Assembly (NCBI GenBank): GCA_973895155.1
Contig: OZ316894.1
Coordinates: forward strand, 3,682,944 to 3,746,943
Direction: 5' to 3'
Source: Marsupella aquatica
Taxonomy: Eukaryota; Plantae; Marchantiophyta
Length of the DNA: 64,000 nucleotides
A model generated the notes under the pieces. It did not search any database, was not told the DNA's origin, and was given only the letters and a program-made list of their open reading frames with translations. Positions 21,722 to 34,207 of the stretch are shown here, piece by piece (position 1 is the first letter of the stretch; each line of letters opens with the position of its first letter). A program made the translations under genes and the position numbers.

Positions 21722-24700
21722 GGGGGACAATGTCGCTGTAATTTCTCTGTGCGGTAACAAGTGGGTTTTTTTCCTTAAAAAATTTCTCCATATGAAGGGG
21801 TATTTAGGGTTTAGGGCATTTTTATATCCTCCCATTCCTTAAACCTCATTAATTTCAGTTGCAGATGTGAACCATGCCCCTTGTGACAAGCCGCGGAGAA
21901 GTCACGTCACTGTTCAAGCATGGACGAAGAAGATGGAATGGGAGGATATCAGAAAAACGGGGAATGATGTTTATAAAGTGAAGACATTCATGTCAATGTC
22001 TTCGCATGAAAATAACCCTAATGTCAATGTACATGCGGCGCAACGGCCATTGTTACCAGTACTTTCTCTACATAATGTTCCTTCCTGCCAAAAACTTGGT
22101 TTGACATGGGATCCATGAACTAATTTTCTCTGCTTCAAATTTAAAAAGGTGCTTGGAACCCCCTTTCCCAACAGGAAAATACCAGAGTGCTATCATGGCT
22201 TCGCTCAGGACCGGCACAAATTAGTAACTATATTTTACTCTAGAAAGTAATACAATGAAAAAGTATTTTGATTTTTTACTTTTTTATTGAAAAATTAATG
22301 TGTAAAAAATTCCCTAAATATTACTTGTCAAACTTCTTTCAAGGTTTCACTAGCACTTTAAAGAAAATGTTGTCAATTGGTTTTTTCTGGCGCTAACCAG
22401 GATGCCACTGAGTCTCTATTAGCAGCATGTTGTAAAGTAAGGGATTTCCCGTGCTGGAGCTATGGACCCAGCTGCACTATTCCAGCTAGGCCATTTTCCT
22501 TCTTTTTTCAAAAATTAAAATTAAAGGGTATTCTATTTTCTGAAATGTGGGAAAAAGCAACAAAAAAAACTCATGAAAAGGAATTCTGGGCAGCTTCGGA
22601 AAAAAAAAATTCAAAGGGAGGGGCAACACGTGCACAACGGTCTCAGACTCTCACCCTTTATAATCGCTCTTCCAGTCTGCTGCCGCCCATATGAATGTTG
22701 CAATAAGGAGGCTGTGGATGAGAGACAAACCTTTAGACAGACAGAAATGGATTTAGCAGTAGATGGATAATCTGAAACCGAACTTACTGACCAGCCATAG
22801 CTAAATTGACTTTGGTCGGTCGTTTGCTCTTCTATCCAGCTATCACAATCTTTGTCCGTCTAAAGAAGGAGGAGAAAAGCAGATTGACGTCATGTCAAGG
22901 TCGCCCAATGATTTTGAGACCTGCACAGATTAACGAACAGCTAGCCAGCCATTCACAAAATCAAGCCGAGCATATCTGGTCCACATAATGTCGCCACTAT
23001 TTCACAGCATTCATGGCCATGCTGGTTGATTGATTGATCACAAGGTGTGCACTCGAAATGCATGCAAATGATTTGAGTTTTGCTTGCAGAAGGAGCTCGG
23101 AGCACCACTCTTACTCACCTTTGCATTCCCACGAAACTGGCTTCGGATAACAGTTCCTGAGTAATGTCAATGACTGTGTGGCAGCTCGCAAATTTGCATA
23201 TTGATTAAACAGCCAAAAGGACGGTCTGACTAGTTAGAAAGAAAATAGTTGTTGTGGGATACTCTGGGGAGCGCACCGGCAGCGTCTAAGACAGTGATCC
23301 ATGAGCTTGCGTCTAAGTAGGCTCCCCAATCTGTACGGGGTCTGTCAAGAATGAGAATTACGAGGAGATGGTGTGTTTGTCAACAAGAATTGGCAGTCAG
23401 AGATGGAGTCTGCCTGCCTTACGCATGCCAAGGCATAATGTTGTGGCGGTGAGAGGATTTACCCAATTGCACTGCATGCAGCTCAGCGTTAAAGTAAAGC
23501 GTGTGTTGGGTGAGACTAGAATACTAGATTTTACATGCAGGCAGCAGCAGACCTGAACTATAAGTTAGTGCAGGTCGGTTTGGTGAGCCTTCAGATCGAG
23601 TAACTATATGCAAATTAACTTGGCGGATGCCAGTAGACAGGACCAATTGGACTTCGTTCGTGACGGAACCACGTCCTGAAAGAGAGATCTTGGCTGATCC
23701 TGCAGCACTGGCCGGCCTTCTGTACACGGCGTTGTTCTTCCTTCTGCTGTGCAACTGTAGTCACACTGCTTGTTTGACTCTCACCCGGCCGCTTGGTTAG
23801 TACCGCGCCGATTAGGCTTCTACTGCAAGGTACTGGCTCCCCGGCAGACTACTGCAGTGTCTTGGAACTACAGTCCACTTTGAATATTGGGCATTGCCCT
23901 CAGTGAAACTGAACGCTGTTTCACTGAATGGAATTCTCTGACGAAATTATGGGCGAATGCTCATCAAATTGCTTACTTGATATGGAAAGCTACAGTAGCT
24001 ACAGTCGTAGTGATATTAGGAGCGAGTTAATTGTTGTCATGTGTAATGCAGGAGATGGTGCTTCAGGTTGTGACAAGTGTGCATGTTTGTCGACAAAAAC
24101 AAAAGTGTGCATGTTTGTCATTGAAAGATCTATCTGCTGAGCAATAAACAGAAGCGCTTTAAAACTTATGCCAAGTCTGCACACTACACAATCGGTGGCC
24201 AAGCTACTGACTGCAGTGAGGATAGCAGCTACGTAGGGAGGGATCTGTCTGCTGTAAGAAAGAGAAGACATGCATCACTGCTGTAAGAAAGAGAATGCAT
24301 TTCCAGGAGCCCTTGTGGCGATACGTGAAGTAGGCAGTGCCGGAACGCGAGGGCAAGTCCACCGCAAAACGACACACGTTGGACCGGCCAGGGAATTCAC
24401 TTTAAATTTAATTCTGGATCAGAAGAGAGTTGTGCTGTGCATGTGAGCAGGGCCCCAAGCACTTTTCCCCACATCGCATTCACATGGACCTTAGGGCAAG
24501 GATTAATTACGACCTCCAAAAAGAGTCGAGAGCTAGCATTTCCCTCGAAAAGTTCTCTCCACGCGGCAGGAATTTTTTTTCCCTCCCAGAGCATGGCAGT
24601 TCTACTTCAAAAAGCAATTCTATTTAGCCAATCACTACAAAATAGGTCTCAGCATTACGACAGTCTAGGCAGTAGGCCTAAGACGGTAGGCGTAATTGAT

Positions 24701-25594
24701 TCGCATTCTGATTTGGAGAATCTGACCTGTGGGCATGGAACTGTTCACTAGAATGTCTCTGAGAAATTGTCTGGTGGTCAAAGAGACAATTTTCTTCTCC
24801 GTTTTTTAGTCCATTATTTTCTATTCCACCCACCTGGCACTGACTCTGTTGCAGCATCACTAAGTTACAACGAATGTCTCACCCCCTGGCCATTTTGTTG
24901 CAGTAGTTTTAATATATCTAGATAGTTGGTCCACATTTCTCCACTTTTAAATTCATATCATGAATTTTCTATTCGTTTTAGGTGTTTCGATTCAACATGT
25001 GATACTGTATAAGCATGAATTGATTAGATGGAGGATTTAGTCGAAATGATCGATTGAATAGCGCCAACATATCACGATCATGCATTCTATCTACAGTTGT
25101 TAGCTTGAACGAGCATGTTCGCATTCCTATGGCGAAGTCAGATGAGATCTCAACTGACAAAGTTGATATGAACAAGAGAAATGTCTCTCCACCGTACAGG
25201 ATGGGATGCAGTCCAAGAATCTATGTTTTCGTTCAAATCCTACCTACAAGGTTATACTCTCATGATGCTTGGTAGATGATCAATGTGTTGTCTGCGAGAA
25301 CGTATTTGAGTAATTTCTAGCTCGCATTGTCTACACAAAAATACAAATTCTAATCAACTTGGACCAAGTTCAAGCAAGTTAGGAACTCTTCATAAATGGG
25401 TGAACATACATATAGTGCACACCTGCCATATGATAACGGAACTCGATAAAGAAAACAAGAGACACTTATAACATCCAAAATAGTCCAAAGGGAGGGGCAA
25501 CATTTATTTCAAAATTAACAAACCTGTTTTGAAGATTGCACACGACATTTGTTTCCTAGAAAACGGCTTTGAGAATGAACATATGTACAATGAA

Positions 25595-26212
25595 ATACTT
25601 GTTGGGGCCCATCAAGGGAAACCCCCACTAGGCACCATCTTTTGAAACGGACTTGCTGGCTCCCCATGTGCATCACCTTCCAGAGCCCCCTATTCCCTCT
25701 CCCACACTTACTGTAGTTGTCACTGCATGCCATGGTGTTCCACAGGCAACCAGACTGCCCTCCCTGATGTTGAACTGCAGCCCTGAGTCTGAGTCTGAAG
25801 GGTGCTTGGAGTAGTTTGAAGGGCGCCGTTGCGAAGGGTCACTCTGCTTGTGTAACATGATTTGTTGTGTGCCTCCGTAAATCAGAATCCGCAACATGGA
25901 ATTAAGATTTAAGAGTGACCCTCTGCAATGGTGCCCTTCAAACTACTCGAGGCACCCTTCAGATTACTTGGGGCTGTACAGCTACACGAGTGAGGGCAAC
26001 CGGGGTTATCACTGCTCTCTGACTCCAGCATGGTCATGGTGCTCCACCGGCAACCAGGCCACTTTTGTTTTGTCCAACATTCGGTGGAGAGGGAATGGGG
26101 GCTCTTACAAGTGATGTACAAGGGTGGCAGCAATGGGAGCCCAGCTTCGTCCCTTTCAAAAGGAGAGGCTTCGTCGAGAGTTTCTTTCCGTCCACGGGCC
26201 CTGTGAAGTCTT
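25595..26212. repeat. Diverged inverted duplication, arms ~25595-25845 and 25912-26212, with a 66-nt spacer
   Basis: GAGTGACCCT..GCAA.GG.GCCCTTCAAACTACTC.A.GCACCCTTCAGA is present at 25913 (+) and as the reverse complement ending at 25844. Similarity continues through GGAGAGGGAAT.GGGGGCTCT and CCxTTTCAAAAG to GGGCCC. Confidence 0.8.
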
Positions 26213-26689
26213 TTGTTGAGCACATGTAAAAACTTTGGCCACCACTGTGTTTTTACATTTCATTTCGAGAATTTGCAACTAGAAGGAAACAAGATTAGTT
26301 CTTCATTGAGATGAAATGTGACACGTAGCTTACATAGGGTAGTGGGCTCCTCTCTCAGACGAATAGGATCTTCCTAGAGTAGCGCCCTCTTCACGAAATG
26401 TTTATTGACCCCCTGAATTACCTACCTCAAGTTTCCTTAATTCTCTCCAAATTTGGGTCGAAATATCATTGAGTAAGTCACCATTAATGATTGTCAAATA
26501 TGTTCATTCGCTTTTGTTGCTCGAAACTTGTCCGATGCTCGACGTTTGTCTCCTCCTTTACCAAGATAGAAGCCAGCCAACTCCTAGTGTCCCTAGGCGA
26601 GCAGCTCTGAACTTAAAAAACAAAAGTGCTGCTTCGGTATGCTAAGCGCTGGAGTTAGCGGTGAAGATTAGCATCTGGCAAGGTTGCTA

Positions 26690-27010
26690 TTGTGCTTGTA
26701 TATGACAGCTACCTTTCGGTAGAGTATCTCGTAAGTTATCTGTTAAGAATTAGTTGAGTTGAAGGACTTAATTATCCAGTTTTTTGGAGAACAAACAAGA
26801 CTATAGCATATTTCTTGTCCTATGGATCATCTCGTAAGTTGTCGTCTAAGAATGAGCCAAAGATAAAACAAGGCCATCGCATTTTTTTTCTTGTATATGA
26901 TTGCTTAGTTAGTGCTAAGAGGGCTGGATCGTCTCGTAAGTTGTCGTCTGAGAAGGAGCCAACGCCAAACAAAGAAAGGAACTACACCGGTTTTTGGAGA
27001 AAAAAACGAT
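26690..27010 (+). repeat. Degenerate ~102-bp tandem repeat, 3 units
   Basis: TCTCGTAAGTT(A/G)TC...AGAA recurs at ~26727, 26830 and 26932. Confidence 0.7.
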
Positions 27011-27611
27011 GGTGCTACTTTTTTCTCTCTCCATCATTAGCAACCGGACCGAACACTAAAGCACAAGCATTTTTTGTTACTCTCATTCTAGGCCAGAGAA
27101 TGAGTCGCTATTGAATTGAATTAATCCCTCTCGACCAGGATCATTAACAACCTTCCCCCTTGAATTGCATCTGAAACAGGATCATCAACGTCACATAACA
27201 AGAAGTTGCACCTTTGCGATTGACCCAAACCTATCTGCCTAGCCCCTGATCACGATCTTCTTGGAGTCAACGTTTATTTCGATGAAGGTGACTGATTGAG
27301 CTCAAGAGATAGACCCATGATATGCTCGTGTTGTTACGTTTTCCATGCAACATGTCTATCTGGTACAAATTATGAACTTGCAACAGTACTCCCACTCACT
27401 CATCTTTGCAAAGTTCGGGTAAAATTATGCAATAGGCCGTGACTGTACAGTCACAAACCCGGGCCTGTCTTGTGTACGTAAGAAAAACATGCTGCTGTTC
27501 AGCGTAGATTCTGCTGCATCGTTGGCATTCCTTGAGCAAGCACAAAATCGCAGACATGTCACAACGAAAACTCTTTAAAATGAGAAAAGGCTACCCCTTA
27601 TAATTTAGCCA

Positions 27612-27945
27612 GATTGTATGATTGTGGGGAAACGAGCCCAAACAGAATAAAAACCAGACTATGAGTCTTGTCGCACATGATCTTGGAAAGATGGGCCCGA
27701 ACTGAATAAACAACACTGAAAAATGTGCCCCACATGATTGTGACAAGATGGGGCCCAAACCTGAATAAACAACTCATCTCCTTTCGCCCACCATGATTGC
27801 GAAAAGATTGGCCCAGACTGATTATAAACTCCGGCCCCTTACTTTTGGCCCGCATGATTGTGAAAAGCTTTCCCGATCTTATGAACGCTGTTAACTTTGC
27901 CTCGCATGATTGAGAAAACCTTGATCTAAACCGACTGAGCGAAAA
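27612..27945 (+). repeat. Degenerate ~58-bp minisatellite, ~6 units
   Basis: CATGATTG(T/C)GA(A/C)AAGAT(G/T)GGCCC..ACTGAATAAA-like units recur at ~27617, 27676, 27733, 27793, 27853 and 27905. Confidence 0.75.
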
Positions 27946-28227
27946 CCAGCTTCGATAATTTTGTCCCACTTGCATGCTGCTGGAAGGTTTTGATCCACTT
28001 TATGCTCTAAATGTATATCGCCCTTAAAACTCCGAACTAGATAATGTCACAACGGGAACCAAATCTAGAGCCAGTACACTACAGTCGAGACAACAATTCG
28101 ACTTAGATTGTTCGGTTTGGTCCGGTCCAGTTCAGTACTCACCTACTGCAGTCATGAGGCAAGGCTCGAACATTAAGAAAATAAAAAAAAGAACAACGCT
28201 TAAGGGGGTATTGATGTTGTAAATACA

Positions 28228-28267
28228 TTTTTTTTTGCCTCGAAAAAACCAATTGAATTTCATTCAA
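28228..28267 (-). mobile_element. 40-bp extremely 5'-truncated retro-insertion with poly(A) tail and 15-bp TSD
   Basis: Direct repeat GATGTTGTAAATACA at 28213-28227 and 28268-28282 flanks a T9 run plus 31 bp. Confidence 0.65.
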
Positions 28268-31200
28268 GATGTTGTAAATACATAGTGCACCAATCCAGCA
28301 GCACAGCAACAGCAGGAGCGGATCTAGATTGAAGGTCGAGCTTCTTGGCCATGGAAAACCGATCCATCCACCTCATTTCGGCCACATCTTTTTTATTTGA
28401 AGGGAAGAAAGACTCTGGGTAGATGACGAGTTAGCGCATCGGTGACAACAGAATGATGTCTCAGATTCTCATCAAGTCAATGAAAATTCTGATGCTTTCG
28501 GCCCATTCTGTCAACCCCTTATCTCTTGGGCAAGATTCACATTGACTTCTGATTACTGGCACCGCCACTTCGTCTCGGCATTGAGGTTTTCTAATATTAA
28601 GTCGGCTGTTACGATCTTTCCGGAATCTCCACAATTGGGGCCCAACTCACTCATCTAGGCCAAGTAATGGACCTGTCCAGGCATCCCAGAAGAGTAAAAG
28701 AGCAAACAAAGGCATCATTCCATCCCTCTACTGCACTGCCGACCCCGGTGTCCAGCCCTTCGAACTTTCTAAGACTTTCTTACATAAAAAATAAAAAGTA
28801 GCAGGAAAAATTAAGCTGAGAAACAACAGAATAAGAATAATCAGCAAATTAATCACGCAAAGCAGGTGGAGAATACCCAGCAAGTGGGGCTCCTCTTCAA
28901 CCGACCCGACAGTTTGAGACAGACAGATGGGCCAACAGCCATGACCGACCCCTACGTTGTCCCGAGCTCCATTAGGGCGGCTAAGTATATATACCTGTGC
29001 ATATAGTACCGTGAGCTGCGTGATGAGCTTTCTTTATCTTAGCCATCGGGCTCCACAGATCTATGCCTATGTCACACAAAACAACAACGGTGGATGATTG
29101 CTCCCTCGTTGCTTTTCGTGACCAGGCTTCGAGGAATGGACCCTAGAGCCTCTCCAGTCTCCAGTCCCGTCCAGTTGCGTCCAACGTAGAATACAGTGGA
29201 CGAAAAGGAGGTCGAGCAGGACATACAGTAGTGGAGTGTGTGCAGTGTGCATCATTCTAGAGAGACCCTGCCTCGCCTTATCTTTCGTTTACCTTCTTCA
29301 CCTTGTTCGAATTACCACTTATCACCATGACGACATTACACAGTCCCGGGACATTGTCAGAGTTGAGGGGCTGCTTTGCTTCTTGTAATGTAAAGATGTT
29401 CCTGACTGTCAGTAGGTTGAATTTATTTGTAAATAAGGAGCTGATCAAGTCGTCAACTATGCATGCAAACGTGGGAAGATGGCGTTCGTGTGACTCATCA
29501 GCTTTCACTGTAGCTTCTTCTCCTTCTCTTTCCAGTCGGCCTCTTCAATTCCCAGCACCTGTCTGGTCGGGGCCAGTGTAACCTCTGCGCTCTCTTTCTC
29601 TCTCTCCATGGCAGCGCCCTCACATCCAACGTCAATTGACTGAGAGAGAGAAAACGAGGCAGGAGCCAGAGCCCAGAGCCCAGAGCTAGGTTGAAGAGCT
29701 CTTAGCTGCTTTTCGGATCTGAGGTCTGATATGAGTGCGATTTCATTGGCCCTGGAGAGAGCAAATTGGGAGAGCAAAAGACAATTTCATGACTTATTCA
29801 ATTCCAAGTAGCTGTTCCAGCAATTGGGACCCGGAGCTCTGCTGATCCTTCTCTCTATCCTTGGTTCCGTCCCTGGCTACTCTGTCTGTCTGCTGAGACT
29901 CTACGAGACGAAAGGTAAGATACCAGCCTGAAAGCTTTGTCCTTATGGGCATCCAGGCTTTATCAGTAGCTCCTGGTTTTGGCCTACCTCGACCACTACT
30001 TGACAGCCTAGCCAGCTGATGACGAGGCCGAGTGTCTAATCTCATCATCAGCGTAGCACATGACTGTGACCAAACGACACCCAACTCTACTCTACAGCAG
30101 TTGGTCTTGTTGTTTGTCTCGAAGGATATTTTCGCGCAACGCTAAAAGACCCAGACGGGAAAGTACAACAGGGCAGCTCACAAGGCAGGGGACAGAGCCC
30201 AAGAATGCCAGTTGATGATCACTCTCAGCTGGGAACTCATTTCAAGCTACAACCCACCTAGAATAGACTGACTTTGCAATGCAATGCAATGCAATACAAT
30301 ACAAATTACAGTCGCTTGCACAACCTATGCTACAGTTCGGTTCTCAACGCGCAGCAGCGAAGAGATCCAATTCACTCACTTTCCCAATGTACTTCTTCTT
30401 GACCTCAATCGATCGCTGGGGCCCTCTCTTTCTGCCTCTCTCACGAAAATCACGTCCCTCCCAACATACACTGGATGGTGTATCTTTTCTGACCACTGGA
30501 AGAAACACTTCGTACAGTTTGGGTCCCATGGACTATAGATTCACATTTGGTCCTTCTTTGTCCCTGATTTGCCCTCACAGTGGCGATGTCCTTCTTGTCC
30601 TGAATCCAGGGTAGAGAGGAGTTGTTGGTGCCATCCTTCCCTCCTCCTAGTCCCATTTGGTCTTTCTCAATGCTAGCACAGAAACCCATGTATATTCACA
30701 GGAATGGCTCCCCTATCTAGACTTGATGCCCACCCCTACTCAAAAGCAGTGTCTATATATCAAAGAAAATTTGTTACCAGGAAAATTAAAGCCTATGGTT
30801 GCACTCTATGGAGTAGCTCATGAATGTAGAGTCCAATTGCAAGTTATAGTATGGACATAGATCCCCCTCCATGATTTCCCTCTTTATCCTGTTCCACGGC
30901 AGAGCACTTGAGTTGCAAACTACTGTAACTGTTATCGAGTCATTGATTCTATTTTGCAGTCCATGGCTGTCAGATAGGAGCATATGGGTCACCAGACAAT
31001 GGTGGATGGTGCAAGTTTTGACCTAAGGGCTTTGCAATTGTAACGGTAATCAGGTAATAGATTATGTTCCCAGGATGTCAGATAGAACCATATGGGTCAC
31101 CAGACTTTGCCCCTCTGGATGTTGAACTTTGAAACCACAACGCTAACCCTTGTTAATAAGTAATCAAGAGCTAGACCCTTATTCCATATGCACCTCCCCC

Positions 31201-31419
31201 ATCTCCAACTAAAATAGAGGGTTCAGTCTTTGGTTTCCATGCGGGTGCACGGATGCTGATGATAGCAAAGCAGAAGCAGCTCCATCACCAGAAAAACAAG
31301 AAATATGGCTGGTGTGGCACAGTGTTTTTGTCAAGCAAGGCAGCACTCTCATCCACCTCAAAATGGGCTATACTGTCAATTGAGGGGAGATGGATGCAGA
31401 CTTCCCAAGCATAGCAGGG

Positions 31420-32850
31420 ACTGACACCCATAATCATGACTAAGAAATGGATTGGAAGGGAGGGATGCAGTCCACAAAATGGGAGCAGGGTGGACCCCCT
31501 AAGGGATCAAGGAAGAGGACTTGGGTGTGGAAAGGAATAATAATTGAATAAGAAATTTTCTTCAAGGGTCAGGGCAGGGGACGACGCACATGGAACAAGG
31601 CTCTAAGCTGACCCAAGCACCCATAGTTCAAACTCTGGGCCCAGGCATAAATATGGCATCCAAACCATTACAGGACTGTCTCACAAATTCACCATAGCAA
31701 ACCATTAGGAAATGGATGAGGAAGGGATGCATTGCAGCAAATGGGACAGGGATAGGCTGGTGAGGGAGAGAGGGAGAGGACATGGTTGTGGAAGGGAAAT
31801 TATACGACTAAATTATAGCAAACCATTGGGAAATGGATGAGGAAGGGATGCAGTGCAGCAAATGGGACAGGGGTAGGCTGGTGAGGGAGAGAAGTCTTGA
31901 CCGGATAAAGAATGGAAAATTTTTAGGCTTTACAATAACTCAACAGGCCACTTAGGTACTGTGTCTATTGATCCTACTTGGCAAAGCAGTGGGTCCATGG
32001 GAATGCTGATGTGGAAAGTTTATTTTGTCTAACATTTTAGACCACCTCCCTATTTACAAACTTTGTCTCCCTCATTCAAGGGAATTGCATATATTGAACT
32101 TGATTTCAAAAAACATTGGTCTCTAGTTTATCTTTAGAACAAGAAGTGGAATTCCAGTTAACTTTGGTGAAAAAAATTGCACAAGTGCCCCGGAGATCTT
32201 GTAAGCCACTTTCTTTTTGGCCAGCAGGGCCGGGGAGGGACAAATATGGAACAAGGCCCTACTGTGCTTGAGCATAACATTGGCATCTATGAGGGACCGA
32301 TGGAGTGGATGTGGCTGTGGTTGTGGAAGAGGAATAAAAATAGATTCCCCAAGCCAGGCCAGGAGATTAACAAGGCTCTAATAAGCTGACCCAATCGATC
32401 ACTGAGCCATGACTCTAGTTTGAATTCTGTGCCGGATACAAAATTGGCATGCAACCCACTTCTGCACTGTTTCCCATTTCATCCTACCATTGCACAATTG
32501 GGAAATTGGCAATAAGAAGGACACTGGGACGTGGGTGGGCTGGTGAAGGACAGAGGGCGAGGAGGGCGAGCATACCATCTTGCCTGTTTCCAGTTCCTCG
32601 CCAACCATAGCTGTGCCCCAAGGTCATGGTCTAATGGTTTCACTATAGACCAAGACCCTTATCTTAGCTTTTGATTGTGCTTTATTAGTAGGTAGATGGT
32701 ATAAAATTGGCATCTAAACCACTACAGGACCCTCTTGCCGTTTTACACTACCATATCACGTATTTGGTAAATTGATGAGAAAGACGGCACAGCAGGACAT
32801 GGGAGGAAGAACCTACCATCACGCCGGTGTCCAGTTCCACCCCCAACCAT
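31420..32850 (+). repeat. Complex degenerate local repeat cluster
   Basis: A near-identical ~78-bp direct repeat (ATAGCAAACCATT.GGAAATGGATGAGGAAGGGATGCA.TGCAGCAAATGGGACAGGG.TAGGCTGGTGAGGGAGAG) occurs at ~31694 and 31815. AACAAGGCTCTA..AGCTGACCCAA and TGGCAT..AA.CCA.T blocks recur at ~31595, 32369 and 32705. Confidence 0.65.
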
Positions 32851-33408
32851 AGTCCTTTCAATCACACTTTATGAGATAGTTATATATAATAAATATATAG
32901 AATTGGAAATTTGCAAGTAGAGCAACGTCCCCCATTTAACCCTAGAGAAGCACGTGATGAGGAAATCGATGAAAAGGAAGGACCGCGGTCCACGAACTGG
33001 GACGTGGGGTGGGCAGTGAGAGACCGAGTGAGAGGACGTGGTTGCGGCAAGAGGGTAAAATTATTGACCACCTGATGACCCGATGCCGCCTTACAGTTTC
33101 GCACGCAGCGCAAACACCACCCGGTGTACCGAAACGATGACCGGGGCGAATCGGGGAATAAGCAGCCCATCGACCGGCTGAACCGGATGGTGGGGCCATG
33201 CGAGAGATTCCAACGGACGGACGGGCGGCTGGGCGGACGGAAGGACTAGTGGGGGAGACAGATAGACAGACAGAGAGACAGGGATAGAGACAGGCAGACA
33301 AGACAGCCAGAAAGAAAGAAAGCGAGACAGATAGTCAAAAAGACGGAGGCTCGCACACGTTTCCTCCATTCCCGGCATTTTGCCGGAAGGGGATGTTGAC
33401 GAACGAAC

Positions 33409-33596
33409 GTACGTAATGATCAGGACACTTCCTTCGCGAGCCGAGACGACTGCTGCTGTGCTGCAGTACTACTACAGTAGCGGTACTGCACCTGCGGTAC
33501 AACTGTGGTTTGTACGCGGTACAAACTGTACAGTACTGGAAACTTTCCGTGCGAGGGTCGGTATAGCAGTGTAGTGTACTTTGTAGTGTACTGTAC
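33409..33596. promoter_or_regulatory. Dense GTAC cluster (11 copies in 188 bp); candidate SBP/SPL-binding (CuRE-like) region
   Basis: GTAC at 33409, 33466, 33483, 33497, 33512, 33519, 33528, 33533, 33576, 33588 and 33593. GTAC is the SBP-domain core motif. Function is inferred only. Confidence 0.4.
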
Positions 33597-33875
33597 CACG
33601 CGAAGGTCAGGAGTCAGGGAGTTAGGGCCTCACCCGACCCCCAAGCTCCGCATGGAAACCGCCAAGCTTTCTGCGACTCCCGGGCGTCGTACCCTCTTAG
33701 CAACAACAGGGGTATTATAGGGAGGAAAACGGGGCAAATGGAAATGAGTGAAAATGCCTTCCTAAGATCTATCCGATCCCCCACCTGATAACCCAAATGC
33801 ACCCCTGCAACTCCCAAGAACCTTGCCCCTAATAGCATCCAACAGTGCATGTCAAACCTACATATAATATATGAA

Positions 33876-34207
33876 TTTTTTTTGTCTTGAGCGGAAATCG
33901 GGAGTAAATACAATTAGACTCCCCCCATCCCATGTGACAGTTTTTCTGTAGGGAACCCAGACCAGGGTGAGCCCCAACGGATCCGACAGGGACCCGCACC
34001 AGGAAGGAGAGAGGATTAAATCAGGGCCACAAAGTGGACGACCAGGGGCCGAGCAGATAATCAGAACTCCAATCCACTACCCACAAAACCCATCCCACCC
34101 ACACACATATACCCTCCACATGCACCCCAATGGGTGGAGGGGGGATTGAACCTGGGACCTCTCAGTTCCAGGCAAATCCCCTAGCCAATTGACCTAAGCC
34201 AATTGAT
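33876..34207 (-). mobile_element. tRNA-derived SINE, ~332 bp, full length
   Basis: The minus-strand head has an A-box-like TAGGTCAATTGG and a B-box GGTTCAATCCC. There is an A8 tail (T run at 33876-33883). A 13-bp TSD TATAATATATGAA lies at 33863-33875 and 34208-34220. Confidence 0.85.

Noticed and set aside
26690-27945. Regularly spaced repeats superficially resembling CRISPR arrays
   Set aside because: Units are degenerate along their whole length with no unique spacers, there are no cas genes, and the context is eukaryotic.
29278-30084. Chain of minus-strand ORFs (76-96 aa)
   Set aside because: Broken by stops with no recognisable family; may be UTR or non-coding transcript.
31820-31860. 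GGAAGGGATGCAGTGCA resembling the complement of miR408
   Set aside because: Several mismatches, part of a local direct repeat, and no hairpin partner.
34135-34207. tRNA-like A/B boxes
   Set aside because: No full cloverleaf; it is the head of the SINE bounded by a TSD.
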